Shown here: positions 49,220 through 64,000 of the stretch, in pieces | Numbering within the stretch: the first letter of the stretch is position 1 | How the letters are laid out: the number at the start of each line of letters is the position of its first letter | From: Octopus vulgaris | Taxonomy: Eukaryota | DNA: 64,000 nt | Direction: 5' to 3' | Assembly (NCBI GenBank): GCA_951406725.2 | Contig: OX597815.1 | Location: forward strand, 32,426,001-32,490,000 | The notes under the pieces: model-generated | Seen by the model: only the letters and a program-made list of their open reading frames with translations | What the model was told of the DNA's origin: nothing | Databases searched by the model: none | Position numbers and translations under genes: made by a program

Positions 49220-51947
49220 CATATATACACACACACACGATAATTTTTTAAAATCTGGACAAGTCAGTCTTTTACTATTCTGAGACTTGCCCGTAGGTGC
49301 ACAGGGTCCCCAGGCAACTTATATATATATGTGGCAACATGGCAAATATGCTAAATAATGGATCCTTAATTTTAAAAAGTCCCTAGATATGTAAATTTTA
49401 TTAAATTACTGTTTTGGTCATTTCTTTTTTGTTACATATGCATTTTAGGGTTTTCATCAACATATAGTTTTCAATTTTGAATGTAAGTGAAATTTCACCT
49501 GTGATTAATGAGTACACTGCTCCTGGTGTTCTGTGGACAGGGAAGAATTTTAAATAATGACTTTTGTATTTGTAATGTTTCTTAGCTGTTTGATTTCAAG
49601 TCTTGGCTGGAAAGAGAGAGAAAAAGAAAAAAAATTATGCTTGCATTTGTATTTGTACTGAAATGAGTGGTTTGATATTGAAATATATACAACCATTGTC
49701 ATAGCTTCACACATGTTTATTTGTATTTTTGTATGATAGACGGCTTGTCACTATTAGCATTCAACAAAAATAAGTTACTTCATTGAATATTGTAACAAAA
49801 AGATAAAAGTAAAGATTGTTTTCTTGGAATATCTTGAATAAATGTAACAGTTACATGTCAGAACATTTGTCTGTATTGTTGCTTAATCCCAGGACAACAA
49901 GAACAAGACATTGTAAATAATCTTCAGAACAATACGTACAAAACATTTTAAGTGAGACCATTGTGTGGAGCGTTTTTGTTTGCACTATACATTGATCTTC
50001 TACACTCAACAGTTGTGTGTTTTGTCTCCTTCAAAAAATACAGTATTTGTAATTCTAAGTTAGAAAACTTTACTTCAATGTGAGACCATACCACTTCAAT
50101 GGGAGAAATCAAATTAACACAAAAAAGATTCATTGAATCATCATCATCATCATCGTCGTTTAACGTCCGTTTTCTGCGCTAGCACGGGTTCGACGGTTCG
50201 ACTGGGGTCTGGGAAGCCAGGGCTGCACCAGGCTCCAGTCTGATCTGGCAGTGTTTCTACAGCTGGATGCCCTTCCTAATGCCAACCACTCTGCAAATGT
50301 AGTGGGTGCTTTTTACGTGCCACCTGCACAGGTGCCAGGGGGGGGGGGTCTGGTATCGGCCACGATCGGTTGGTGCTTTTAACGTGCCACCGGCACGGAA
50401 GCCAGCCAAGGTGGCGCTGGCATCAAGAAATATAATATCAAAACAGCATAAAATCATTTGTGATATTAACAATTTTATCTTGCTTGGTTTTAAGTTTTCA
50501 TCAGACATGCAATAAGGCAAAAAGCTCATGATATGATTATAATGCCTTCTAGTTTTTTGAGGAGTAAGTATGCTTAAGGAACCCAATGCTAATTTTCTGA
50601 GAATATTATCTCAGGGTGTGTCTTTTGTAAAGTGCAGGATTGTTGTCTATTTTTTTTACCTCTCTTTCCTTCTTTTTTTTCTTGTCTTGCAAGCTACTTG
50701 GTGACAAAAAGCATTCAGTACATTCTGTAAAGTGGTTGGCATTTAGAAGGGCATCAAGCTGTATAAACCATTGCCAAGGCTGACATTGGAGCTTGGTATG
50801 GCCCTGCAGCTTGCACGATTCTATCAGACTGTCCAGCCCATGCCAGTATGGAAAATGGCTCTGAAATAATGATGGCAATGATGATGGTTCTGCACAAATG
50901 TCTGATACAGAAATTTTGTTGTAAGGATTAAGCATATGCAAAATGTACCAGCACTGGTGGTACCCCAGCATGGCCACAGCCTTAGGGCTGAAACATGTAA
51001 AACAATAAAACAATATGTTTTAAACCACAAATAAGAATACCTCAAATCGAAATCTCAGTCTCACAGTAATGGGTATATTTACTTAATATGCAAATATATT
51101 CCTAATCTTGAATATATTTCAGAAACACTGTTAAGAGAATAAACAGTTGTTTAAGTGAAATAATTTGCTCATTTTAAATCCCTAATCTCACTTTGAAGTA
51201 TCGTACTCATACACATGTATATTATATTTGTTATGTTTATTTTCCTTCTTCTTATCCTTGGCTCTGTATTCTGTTCTCTACTATAACTTTATTCTGACCT
51301 TGAGTTGTGACAAAAAAATTCAGATGACTCCTAATTAAATACTTATGTATTACTTCTATTGTTTGGATTATGCCTGTAGCCCTGCATGGTACCAGCATGT
51401 TAAACATCCATCAATTTTCGAAACTAGGGAATTAATGTTCTAATGGTATTTAAGGTGGTAATCTAGGCCACTAAGGAGATAAGGGATAAATAATGATTTT
51501 TTTTTTTTGTTATAAAGACATTATCATCACCTTCACTTAATGTTTCTTTTTCTATGCTGGAATGGGTTGGACAGTTTGACATGAACTGATGAGCCAGAGG
51601 GTTGCAACAGGCTAAAATGTCTGCTTTAGCATGGTTTCTATAGCTGGATGCCCTTCCTAATGCTAACCGCTTCACAGAATATTGGGTACATTTTTCATGG
51701 CATCAGGTGAGGTCATCAAGTTCCTACAAAACCAGAGCCCTCAATTGAGTGAAGTATTGTATCGAGGAATATAAAAATATAATAGGAAGCAGGAGTAGTT
51801 GAGGTAAATTGACCTCAGAAAATAGACTTGGAGACTAAATATACTAATATCTGAAATTGAAAGGTTAATCATTATTCATTTTAACAGTGTGCTTATTTAC
51901 ACTTGAGTTGTTATAAATTGGCTAGTCTGATGTCCTTTTGTCTAAGC

Positions 51948-52860
51948 CAATGGTTCTCAGACTTTTCAAAAAATTTTACATGCCAGTCCCCTTACAGTTT
52001 TTTTGTTGATTCATGGTCCCCTATTAAATGCAGGATAATTAACATGGAAATAAAGACATACATTCGTGTGCCATAATTTCCAGACTATGAACTGCACTGC
52101 CCATAGACCTGCAACCCTGAAAACCACAACTTAATCCACTCAATACCCCATTGGGATACAATAAACACATGAAAATATGGGGAATCAGTTGATTAATTTG
52201 TTATAAAACAAATGAGAAACGAAAACATTCGGAAAATATCCCCAGCATCTGCTATTAACAACTGCATAAGACTCATTTATGCCCATTTGGTAGAAAGAAA
52301 CCATGGGTCATACACCGAAAACTATGGTATATATACGTACATAACCATGGTTCTCTAGCTTTTGGCATCACCTTCCCCTTTCACCATGTTTGGGATGCTA
52401 TTTCTCCCCATTGTCAGGTCATTCCTCATATTGATTATCCAAGAGGTGTATTTCAGCCAATTTAGCTATTTTCAGGAGAAGAATTTTAATAGTACCTCAA
52501 AATGTACAGATGTTTCTGCCAATTGGACCACTAGTATGCACAGAAAATCACAATTTTTGTAGAAACACTGTCTTCTCCCCTGAAGGTTTGTCATCTCTTT
52601 CCTTGAATCCCTGACACATAACATGACAACAAAAATTATGCAGTGTGTACTAATAGCACCTGGGGATTTTTCTTTCACCAGAATGGCAACCAAGCATTGC
52701 CAGAGCACTGTTTGTGCACATGACAATCCCATGCTTTCAGTTGATATCATGTGTCTCAAAAAATTTGTCCACTTTGTTAAATATTTCTCTTGCAATTGTT
52801 TTGGTACTAAGGGGTTTGCAAAACAGGAATTTGTTCTCTAGGTGATGGTGAAAAGTAAGA
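51948..52860 (-). mobile_element. hAT-Charlie-like transposon remnant
   Basis: Minus-strand translation gives FLFCKPL, IFNKVDKFF, MCTNSALAMLG and VKEKSPGAISTHCII. A TIR-like CAATGGTTCTCAGACTTTT lies at 51948. Confidence 0.7.
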
Positions 52861-53129
52861 CTAACTTTGGGCAAGGCTTGAACTTAGAGGAAATACAGCT
52901 GAAATAAATACTACAAGACATTTGCCTGTTGCTCTAACCATTCTGCCAATGCACCACCCTCACCAAACAAGGATGATATTAACAAAAGCAATCATTTGAT
53001 TCAGTTCTTTTCTTTTTCTTGCTCTCTTTTTTTTGTGTGTTATAAAGCTGTTTTCATTTGCTCAAGTACATCATTAGCTCAGTATATCAATCATCAAATA
53101 AATCCAATGAGGTGATGGTTTGGAAGAAG

Positions 53130-53346
53130 TCGGTGAGCTGGCAGAATTGTTAGAGCACTGGGCGAAAGGCTTAGCGATATTTCGTCTGCCGTTATGTTCT
53201 GAGTTCAAATTCCGCCGAGGTCGACTTTGCCTTTCATCCTTTCGGGGTCGATTAAATAAGTACCAGTTACACACTGGGGTTGATATAATCAACTTAATCC
53301 GTTTGTCCTTTCTGTGTTTAGCCCCTTGTGGGTAGTAAAGAAATAG
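53130..53346 (+). mobile_element. Family B SINE
   Basis: Paralog of 25410-25640. Confidence 0.88.
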
Positions 53347-54182
53347 GTTTGGAAGAATCATTCCAGCACTAATCAAAATAGTCAATTTAATATTTCTGTG
53401 AAGTATTTTCAATATGAATGGAATTATAATAGACAAGAGAATTATATGACAAGAGACTATTTCTTAGAAGTGGTGTAAATTTATATGTAGATAAAATTTT
53501 GTAGACAATAGGTCTCTAATTTCCATCCTTTATTTTATATAATTTTAAAGAGATTTATTTATTCATGCATCTACATTTTGTTTTCTCTGAAAAGAGGAGC
53601 AGTACTCATGAACTTATTAATTAGGGAATTAGGTGTTATATAAATAATTCACCAACATACAACAATAGATAACTTGACAAAGAACATTTAAATAATAGAT
53701 AAATTATATTGTGTAACTGAACGTTCTATATAAAATGTTCAAACAAAATGAATAATTTAACTGCTATAGGTTAAGGGATTCTTCCACTTATTGTCATGAT
53801 GTGACATTACAGGTTTCATTCAGTTGAAAAGTTCATCTCTATCTGGAATTAATCACCTCTTGATGTATACATAACCACATACAAATATATGGAAAGCGTG
53901 CAACCATTTTATCATATCAATGTCTCTTATCATTATCATTTTATATCTGTTTATTGGCATGGATTGTATGAGAGTTATTGAAACAGCATTTTATAGCTCA
54001 ATGCCCTCTTCCTGTTTTTAGCCAAGGCCCTCTTCCTGTTTCACATTCAACATAAGCATTATGACTGACAAAGAAAGTGTAGATTGCCAGATTCTCGTAT
54101 TTCAAAACCAATGGGAGAGTCCATGTCCAGTATGTGTGTGTCTGTGTGTGTGTATAAAAGGACACAAACTGAGTTTAAAATT

Positions 54183-54376
54183 CACAACAGCTGTTTTAGC
54201 AGCATTTTATTGAAGAATTCTTTGATTACATCATGACAAAAATCTGCCATCTTCAGGTGATTTTAAACAGAATACTAAGGTGGAAATTTTACTATGTGAT
54301 GTGGTGAGCTAGTCAACTTAAATTTTCTACCTTGCCACTCTGTTAGTTTATAATCATCTGAAGATGGCAGATTTTT
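54183..54376. mobile_element. Fold-back remnant built from a hammerhead-bearing repeat
   Basis: 54238-54290 pairs with 54320-54376. The minus strand reads AATCAC-CTGAAGA-TGGCAG...CTGCT-AAAAC-AGCT-GTT-GTGA. Confidence 0.55.
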
Positions 54377-55504
54377 ATCTTTGTGCAGAGGTTTTCTATT
54401 ATAGCTAGCAAAACCTTTGTGAATGGATTTGATAGATGGAAACCAAAAAAGTCTGTGTGAGTGTGTTTATACATGCTAGTGGGACCCATGAATATTTCTT
54501 GGAATTAATGGTAAACCTATTGGTTTATTTCTGAAAACTTTATCCCAAAAAACCTGAAAGCATAGCCTGTGTTGTGCCTTTATGGAAAAATAGTTGCTCA
54601 TCTACTGCTTATTGAAAAGTGAAAGAAATTGGAATACAATGATTACTTAATGCACTTTATATATACACTTTATATTCTTTATGCACAATTTTATAGACTT
54701 AATACAGAGCATTCATAAAATAGATATTCACTCTTATTTTCCCATTTCTCACAAACAAAATTATCCTGTACATATGTTACAACCTTTAGTTAAATTGCAT
54801 TATATCTGCCATGTAAATAAGCATGAATATTTCATGGAATTGCACTTATGCGCATGCATTAAGTGATAGGTGATAAAAAAAACTTAGTTCAATTAAAAGA
54901 AAATACACTTTTCACTATCAAATCACCACCACCACCACCACCACCTCTCTCTCCATTCTTCCATTCTACCTTCTCTCTCTTTCCCTCCTCTCTCTCTCTC
55001 TCCGTCTCTCCCTTTAACTTCTTTATCAGAACATCACCCCTCTATTAAATTTATATTTTTGACTCTCCTCCTCTACCTTCAACTAACACCTTTAACCATG
55101 TAATAAATATGTTTCTCCTACCTCATGTACTGGACACTTCTCTCTCCCTCTTTTCTTTCTCCCTCTTTTTGTCTCACTCTTTGCCTTATCCTCTTTTTCT
55201 CTCTCCTTCCCTTCAACTAATCATGTGAAAGCATTCCTTCTACTTCACGTCATGGATTTCTCTTTCTCTCCCTCCCTCTTTTTCTCTCTCCTTCTTTTCT
55301 TTCTCTCTAATCACATGAAAGTGTTATCAATGGGCTAAGTAATGCAATGACAAGCAGAATTAATATAATATAATATATATATATATATATATGAGACACC
55401 ACAGTTGTTTGTTCAGCAGCTTACTTGCAAGGTACCAGTGCACAATGGGTCTTGTGAATTTTCATTTTCTTTCTCTCATATATGTATATATATATATTTA
55501 TGTA

Positions 55505-55543
<39 letters not shown>

Positions 55544-55927
55544 TTCATCAGAGTCATTTCTGAAGTGACTCTGTTGAAAATAGCATTAATTTACTTAGGT
55601 CAATTTTCCTCAGTTGATTAATAGACCAATTAAGTAAAACTATCAGTAATGTACCTATAATGACTACTGGAAACAGCTGTAAGCCATATTTGCTCCAATA
55701 AAGGAAAAATATGTAATGACCATTATTTTCAACTTGTTCATTATATATCACTCTGTGTAAAGACCAGTTTTTCTGGAGCCCATCCACAGATTTACAAAAT
55801 AGAATTGTAATGAACAATAACCTTGGATCCTGCCGTGATTATCTGGAGTTCACTAATCTGAATAATATTCTTAGCCTGGTGTGCCGACAGAGAGCTTATG
55901 AAGTATTGATAATTCCCCACTATTAGT

Positions 55928-55967
<40 letters not shown>

Positions 55968-57448
55968 AGTGGCATGTAAAAAGCACCATTCGAGCATGAT
56001 CGTTACCAGCGTTGCCTTACTGGCACATGAAAAAACATTTGAGCGAGGTCATTGCCAGTATCCACCATATCCAGTCTTCTGTAAAACATGTCTGGTTATA
56101 GGGAAATATTACCTTGCTTGGAAACAGGCAAAGGTTGGTAACAGGAAGGGCATCCAGCTGTAGAAAAAAAATTGACCTCAACAAGTTCTGTCCAACTCAT
56201 GCAACCATAGAAAAGGGGATGTTGTTGTTGTTATGATGATGCTGATACTCACTTGTGTTCATTGCTGCATTACATTCTCCGCTCATGATAAATATTTGTA
56301 TCATATTTACATTTGATACATATTTGTTGTCATATTTGATACATAATTGTTTACCTTTCAGTTATGCTGCCGATAAGAATCACTGGAAGGTCGATAGAAA
56401 AACATCAGTTACCTTATTTACTACACACATATATATATAATGTAAGGAATTTAATACAAAACATCAGAATCAGAATTGGTGGTGGCTGGGTGTGAGAATT
56501 ATACTGGTGTTGAAAAGATAAGATAAAATATGTCATTGGGTTTTAGGTACAGAATGTAGCGATCAGGGAAGATAAGGGGATAAAATATATTACTAGTTTC
56601 TAGGTGCTGCATGTTGGGCATTATATTATATTCGAAATCATAGCTGGCAGGGAGATGAATCACTGCTGTCTCTAGCAGTCAAGTGTCCATCATTAACAAG
56701 ACCAAGTAAAGTTGAAATCACATGATCTGGTGGTCTTTGCGTTGAGGGTGGCAGGGATTTATCTCCCCACTTGCAATATAAACAAGAGTGCATTTTGCAC
56801 CAAAAAGCCAATGTGAAAGTTTCTCTCATGTATCTACTGCAGTACAGTTTGTTCTAACAGAACATCCACATTGAAGTTGGGATAGATATTACCTCTTAGA
56901 AAAATATGTACTAGGGTGAATTTGTTCCACTAAACCCTTTATAATCGCAGTCCAGTGGCTGACTCAAGTAAAAGGTAAAAAGGTAAATACAATAAGTTTA
57001 TAACCTGAGTTACAATACATTTCATGTAATAGTAATGTGTGCTGGCCAGATGGTTAAGAAATTCACTTTGCACTCATAGATGTTCAGAGTTCAACCGTAC
57101 TTTTACTATAGCCCAACAGATGGATCATCCCTGGAACCTCCATGGTCAGCCTTACACTGTGTCATGCTTATTCATCATCATCATCATCACCACCATCACC
57201 ATCATAATAATCATCATCGTTTAGCGTCCGCTTTCCATGCTAGCATGGGTTGGACGGTTCAACTGGGGTCTGGGAAGCCAGAAGGCTGCACCAAGCCCAG
57301 TCTGATCTGGCAATGTTTCTATGGCTGGATGCCCTTCCTAACACCAATCACTCTGTGAGTGTAGTGGGTGCTTTTTACGTGCCAGACAAGGCTGGCAAAT
57401 GGCCATGATCGGATGGTGATTTTTACGTGCCAAAGGCGGCGCTGGCAC

Positions 57449-57480
<32 letters not shown>

Positions 57481-60010
57481 CATTTAATGTCCACTTTTCC
57501 ATACTTGCATAGGTCTGATGAAATTTGTTGAGACATTTTCTGAGGGTGAATGACTTCCTGTTACCACCACTCTCACCTGTTTCCAATCAAGGTAATATTT
57601 TCCCCTAATTAGACATGTTTTACATGGAAGACTGGAAGCAACCTTGTTTGTATGATGATGATGCATGCTCCTTTACAACCATCACATGATGTCTAGACCA
57701 GGGTACACACAAATGCATACACACATGGAGGCACACATCACATACGCACACATACTCACACACACACACACACAAACACACATATACGCATACATACATA
57801 TTTTTTTTTTTTTTCACTTATTTCAGTCATTTCTCTGCAGCCATGTTGGAGCACCATCTTTAGTCGGGCAGATCAACCCCAGGACTTATTCTTTGCTAGC
57901 CTAGTACTTATTCTATTGGTTTCTTTTGCCAAACTGCTAAGTTACGGGGATGTAAACACACCATCATCAGTTGTCCAACAATGGTGGTGGTAGTGGGGGA
58001 AATCATAGAAACATATAAATACACACACACACATTATGGGCTTCTTTCAGTTTCTATCTACATGTAACTGACTTCTTTCAGTGTCTGTCTCACTAGATTT
58101 TGGTTAGCTTAGATCCATAGCAGAAGACACTTGCCCAAGGTGTCACACTGTAGAACCAAACTCAGGACTAGGAAGCAAACTTCTTAACTACATAGTCATG
58201 CCGGGCTTCTGATTCCACTGAAGAATTATGTTATGGGTACACATACATGTCTGTGTTCAGCCACTTAGATGTAAAGTCAATGACCAGGTAGTTCATTTAA
58301 TTGAATAATTGAATATTCATCATCAAAACTTATGGCGATTCATTTAGTTTTACAAGCTGAAATGTTGTGGTTGTAGAATCTGATGCATAATGAAAACATA
58401 ATTGGTTTTCCTTAAGTCGCCCATGATCTTTGATCCAATATCACATCACTGATTAATAGGAATCATGGAAACGACATACACAGGTTTGCACAATGCATAA
58501 ACATTATTCAAGATTTTCTTTTATGTTGCAGTGAGGGAATTGCAATATGTTCAACCTAACATATTGAAATTCACTAATTGCAGATCTTGTGGGTGTTATA
58601 GATAGAGAAGAATAGACAAAGAACCAGCTAACATCATCATCATTTTGTCCACTTTTCCATGTTTACAGGGGTTGGATGTAATTTATTTTGACAGATTTTC
58701 CACAGTGTGGGTATCTAGTTGTAGAAAATCTGCTTCATTGAATTCTGACTGACCTAGGAAGTATGAAAAAGTGGATGTTAAAATGATGATGATAATAATC
58801 ATCATCATCGTCATCCTTTAATGTCTGTTTTCTGTGCTCGTATAGGTTGGACAGTTTGACCAGAGTTGGCAAGCAAGAGAGCTGCACCAGGTTCCAGTCT
58901 GATTTGGGTTGGTTTCTACAACTGGATGCCCTTTCTAAATGCCAACCACTTTACAATGTGTACTGGGTGCTTTTAATGTGACACTGGTGTGAACGCTTTT
59001 ACATGACACTTGCACGAGTACTTTTTATGTGACACCAGCACAGACTCTTGCAGGCCAATTCTCTTCACTAGTGGGAGTGGCCTTAACACTTCTGCTGTGG
59101 AGGACAGATCTTCTTGAGTACAACAAGGTGCCTGGTACCTCAGTCCTTTGTTATCACATCTGAAATGAAGATGACAGTGATGTTATCCCATTCTTTATCC
59201 ATTCTTCTGTCTACAACATTTATGACACAATGCAAGAAATTCTATGTGAATGCTTGATCTGCAAGAAATAGCTTTCCAACTCCCTCAGATCTCAAATCAC
59301 ACCTTACTATCTTAAAACAGGAAGGAAACATTGGACACTGCAATCTTAGATCATTGCGGTGGTCGAAGCTATAATTAATACCTTTGACCTTGGATCTACT
59401 CAGTCAGAGATGACTTAGGGTTAAATGACATCAGCACCAGAAAAGTTGTATCTGTGTTTTGGTTTGTGTTTTTGTTATTAATAAAGCAGTCACCTATGAA
59501 TGAAATGTGGTAAAATGTGTTACCATCATTCAGGAGATGAAGATGAGAAGTTCTTAAGACATTGAAGTCAATTAATGTCTGAAACTAAGAATATAGGAAT
59601 AGTAGGAAAATGTGAAATCTTTAATAAAAAAAACAATTAAGCTCTAACAAAGTGGGGCCTTTGATGTGCGTGTGTGTGTGTATGAGTGTGTGTGTCTTTT
59701 GCTGATGTATGTAAGCAAAGGATAAGACGTTAATGGGAAATATTAACACTTTTTTACTGTCCTCATTGTGAGAAATGCAGAAAATAATGATGGTCCTGTT
59801 GGAAAATTGTAACCAGCGATACTGTTGTTCACAAATGAATTGGTGAACTGTGTCAGAGTTGCTTATATGTCATATTGAGGTTCTTCTGTGAAACCTTCAA
59901 TGTTGTTGAAGGCTACAAAGTTATGAGCATCATGATGCAAAAGGAATTATTTTTATGTAATTATCAAACTCACGCAATCATTTGTAGCTAAAATGTTTCT
60001 GTGTCAAAAA

Positions 60011-60401
60011 TTCTGTCTTATTCTTTGGTATTTCTGTACTTTGTGATAAAGTCATTTAGTTTTTCCTATTGTCATATAGGGATTAAAAAAAATGAGAATT
60101 TATGAAGTAAAAATGCTTTAGTAAAACTGATATTTATTATGTTCCAAGAGTCTATTGTCCTCCCCACTTCGTGAGTAGAGAAAGAGATTGTATCTCAAAG
60201 CTTATACACAAGCTTTGAGATACAATCTCTTTCTCTACTCACGAAGTGGGGAGGACAATAAACTCTTGGAACATAATAAATATCAGTTTTACTAAAGCAT
60301 TTTTACTTCATAAATTCTCATTTTTCTATCCCTATATGACAATAGGAAAAAACTAAATGACTTTATCACAAAGTACAGAAATACCAAAGAGTAAGACAGA
60401 A
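60011..60401. repeat. Near-perfect palindrome of about 391 bp with a 6-nt spacer
   Basis: Arms 60011-60203 and 60210-60401, spacer ATACAC, with few mismatches. Confidence 0.95.
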
Positions 60402-60406
60402 ATATA

Positions 60407-60765
60407 CTAGCAGTATCGCCTGGCGTTGCTTGGGTTTGTTTTGACCCTTTAGAATTGGAATTTTTGAAAAGTAAAAATTTTGAATTATGTAGCTTGTTAT
60501 TCTCTTTAAGTGAACATTTTCCTGGTTGAAATACACCAAAAAATGGTGACAAAAAATCGTAAAAAATAGGGATTTTCATAGAAAAAAAGCACTTTTTTTA
60601 CGTAAATAATTTTTGGTCTTAACATGGTCCAATTTGAATTTTATCTTTTACGGAATGAAGAGCAAGCCTTCTTCTATCATACTCTCAATTTTGGTCAACT
60701 TGTGCCGCAGTTGAAGGCTACAAAACCTGCCATGCACAGACAACTTCAGCTTTATATATATATAT
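60407..60765 (-). mobile_element. Non-autonomous Helitron
   Basis: The minus strand starts TATATATAAAGCTGAAGTTGTCTG and ends CCCAAGCAACGCCAGGCGATACTGCTAG|T, the same 3' end as 9480-9863. Confidence 0.85.
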
Positions 60766-63700
60766 ATATATACTGAGACATAAATCACAAGTGTGTGATA
60801 GAAATAACAATTGCTAAGATGATTTATTAACTCCTCTCAAATTAATGGTACCACAGAAAACATTGTCTTTGTTTTTCGTAAACAACTGAAGAACATTGTG
60901 TCTCCATTTCTCACTTCTTTGAAAATAAAGCAGTTAATATTAGGTACTTTGATTTTCAATTTGAAAAATATTTCCTATTAATAGATAAAATTAAAATGAC
61001 AACACAAGTGACGTGTGTGTATGATTTTTATAACTGTTTTATACCATGCAAGTGTAGGTTTGTCTGTTTCAGTGCTGTGTCTTCTTCAGTATCTGTAACA
61101 TCCACTTGACAGTAATTTGAACTTACAGAATTATTAATTCAGAACTATGTATTTTCCTGAATGTCATTATTCACTTAATTGTGGTGGGGATTAGCTACCA
61201 ATTCTTCAATGAATGCCAGCTGTCATCAGTTGTCATCCTATCATTAGGAAGATTTGTGTTACATCTGCTTAACATTACAGAATCTAGAGTTAATCACTAG
61301 CTTTAATGGTTTCTACCACTTGTGCAGGATATTCATTATTATTTTATACTTAGCTATATTACTTGCTTATTTAGGATAATGTTTATATGTTGAAGGACTC
61401 TACAGGATATGTCACTATTCAATAGGATTAGAATGATGAGTATTAACTGATAAAGTAATACAGGACATGACATTTTCTTGGTTAAACATAACTACAAATA
61501 TTTACAATTACATATTATTCTATTTTCAAAATAAAGGAGATTTAACAAAAATTATAGAATGTGATCCCAAAATGCTTTTCAGTATTTGCTTTTAACCTTC
61601 TGCATTCTCAGTTCAAATTCCACTTTACCGTTCATCCATCCAAAGTCAGTAAATTATAATGCTGTGACCAACACAAATGAGACTATAAACTCTGCTTTGG
61701 AAGTCAGCCTTGTTCTTAGGTATAATAATAATAATAATAATAATAATAATGTAACGATAATGATTTCAATTTTTGGCACTGGGCCAGTGGTTTTGAAGGA
61801 TGAGGGAAGTCGATTACATTGGCCCCAGTATTCAACTGGTACTTATTTTATCAACCTTGAAAGGTTGGAAGGCAAAGCTGACTTCAGTGGAATTTGAACT
61901 CAGAATGTAAAGACAAAATGCCACTGAGCATTTCATCTGGTGTGCTGATGTTTCTGCCTGCTCACTGTCTTAATAATAATAATAATTATAATAATAATAA
62001 TAATAATAATTATAATAATCCTTTCTATTATAGGCACAAAAATTTTGGAGGAGGGGTTAAGTCAATTACATTGCCCCTAGTACTCAACTGGTACTTAATT
62101 TATCGACCCTGAAAGTATGAAAGGCAAAGTTGGGAAAGCATCTCGTCTTCAAATATAGGCCTGGATCAACCAAAGCCTTGCGACTGGATTTGGTACATGA
62201 AACCTGAACTAAGTCTGTCATCATGTGTTTATGTATGTGAGTGTACTTGTTTCATTGTCTTGACATTGCACAAGAGATGTAAACAAATGTGTCCTTTGTA
62301 CTGTATCTTCTGTGAAAACACGCCCAGCTATGGGAAAATATTACCTTGCTTGGCAACAGGTGAGAGCTGGGGACAAGAAAAGCATCTTGCCTCAGTGAAT
62401 TCCCTTCAACCAATGCAGGCATAGTAGAAAAGTGGATGTTAAAATGATAGTGATGATGACAACAATGATGACAATGTTGATGATGATAACTTATCCCTGT
62501 ATTCACTCTTCACTTTCTATTTGAACTCTCTCATGTTCATTTTTTTATGTATCTACTATAGTATTGCTTCATAAAAGACTTTTATCCTTTGTGTCCATAT
62601 CATCATCATCATCGTTTAACGTCCGCTTTCCATGCTAGCATGAGTTGGATGATTTTGACTGAGGGCTGGCAAACCAGATGGCTGCACCAGGCTCCAATCT
62701 TGATCTGGTAGAGTTTCTACAGCTGGATGCCCTTCTTAACACCAACCACTCCGAGAGTGAAGTGGGTGCTTTTTACATGCCACCGGCACGAGGCCAGTTA
62801 AGTGGTACTGGCAACAACCTCGCTTGAATCTTTTTACACATGTCACCGGCACAGGTGCCAGTAAGGCGACGCTGGTAACGATCATATGTATGCAGTAATT
62901 TTCCAGTTTTGATGGTGATGATGCTATCATCCAATAACTCAGTTATTTTCTCAATTATTGCTCTTAGTTTCTCATCATCACTCAAAATTTCCCACTTTAT
63001 TGTCAATATATACTACTTTATTCCATGTCATATTTCTGAGACACAGATTATGCATTGTGCTCTTCATGGCTTCTGTGCCGGTGGCACGTAAAAAGCACCA
63101 TCTGAATGTGGCCGATGCCAGCACCGCCTTGACTGGCTTCCGTGCTAGTGGCCTGTAAAAAGCACCAATCCGATTGTGGCCGTTGCCAGCCTTGCACGTA
63201 AAAAGAACCTACTACACTCACGGAGTGGTTGGTGTTAGGAAGGACATCCAGCTGTAGAAACACTGCCAGATCAGACTGGAGTTTGATGCAGCCTTCTGGC
63301 TTCCCAGATCCCCAGTCGAACCGTCCAACCCATGCTAGCATGGAGAATGGACGTTAAACGATGATGATGATGATGATGATATTGAAAGGAAATCATTTTG
63401 TCTGTAACTAGTACTAGAAACTTCAGCACATATCCATACTCTTGGCACCATTGTAATTTCATATTTTATAACATCTATAGTTAGCAACAGGATCAAGTAC
63501 CTAAAATACTCATTGAAATGATTACTGACCTATATCTAACCCTTTTGTGTTGCCAAATGGTTGCCAAATTTGTGTATTATAAGAATTTGGCTGAGAAAAA
63601 CTCCTTTCATGTAGAAACTATGCTTACTACAGTCAGAGTTTTGCTTTCTGTTTTGTAGATCGCTTTTGTATTTTAGTTTTTTGGGTTTTAACTTTTTTTA

Positions 63701-64000
63701 GAACTGGTAGAGTGCTGGACAAAATGAATGGTGGGTGAAAAAAGTATAGGTTATGGAGTGTGCTATTCATAACAGAGTGAGATCTTTGATCACGTGAGGC
63801 AAAATAGAGTGATGAATGACTGAGATAAATAGAGCTATACTATATGGTTGGCACATTTAAGAATATTTTATGGGTCTGCATTGCTAATATAAAACTAAAT
63901 CAATGTATACCACTGGCGCCGAGAGGAAAAAAGCATACATTAAAGCCTTGATAATAATGATTGTGACTTGGTGTACATCTGTGCATGTATGTCAGTGTCT

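Overview
AT-rich, repeat-dominated animal genomic DNA. The SINE, LINE and microsatellite make-up suggests an octopus or other coleoid cephalopod, inferred from my recall of the repeat families. No intact multi-exon gene can be read. 1-15 kb is a nested pile of decayed transposons: two RTE LINE pieces (one with a PHD-type finger, one with three C2H2 fingers), a hAT transposase, two Penelope-like elements (Neptune-like and Naiad-like) each with an inverted terminal copy, a Helitron with its empty site visible, and a Gypsy-like deletion derivative. 15.6-17.6 kb is unique, CpG-retaining DNA that looks like a bidirectional promoter with divergent first exons. 18-64 kb looks like one long CpG-depleted intron full of SINEs, CR1/RTE fragments, Helitrons and MITEs. 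The most interesting signals are (i) several hammerhead-ribozyme motifs, including a 361-bp retrozyme-like 1.3-mer and a family with a recurrent A6-to-U core variant, and (ii) two long, near-perfect palindromes that each sit on a Helitron 3' terminus. Repeat boundaries are approximate unless stated as exact.
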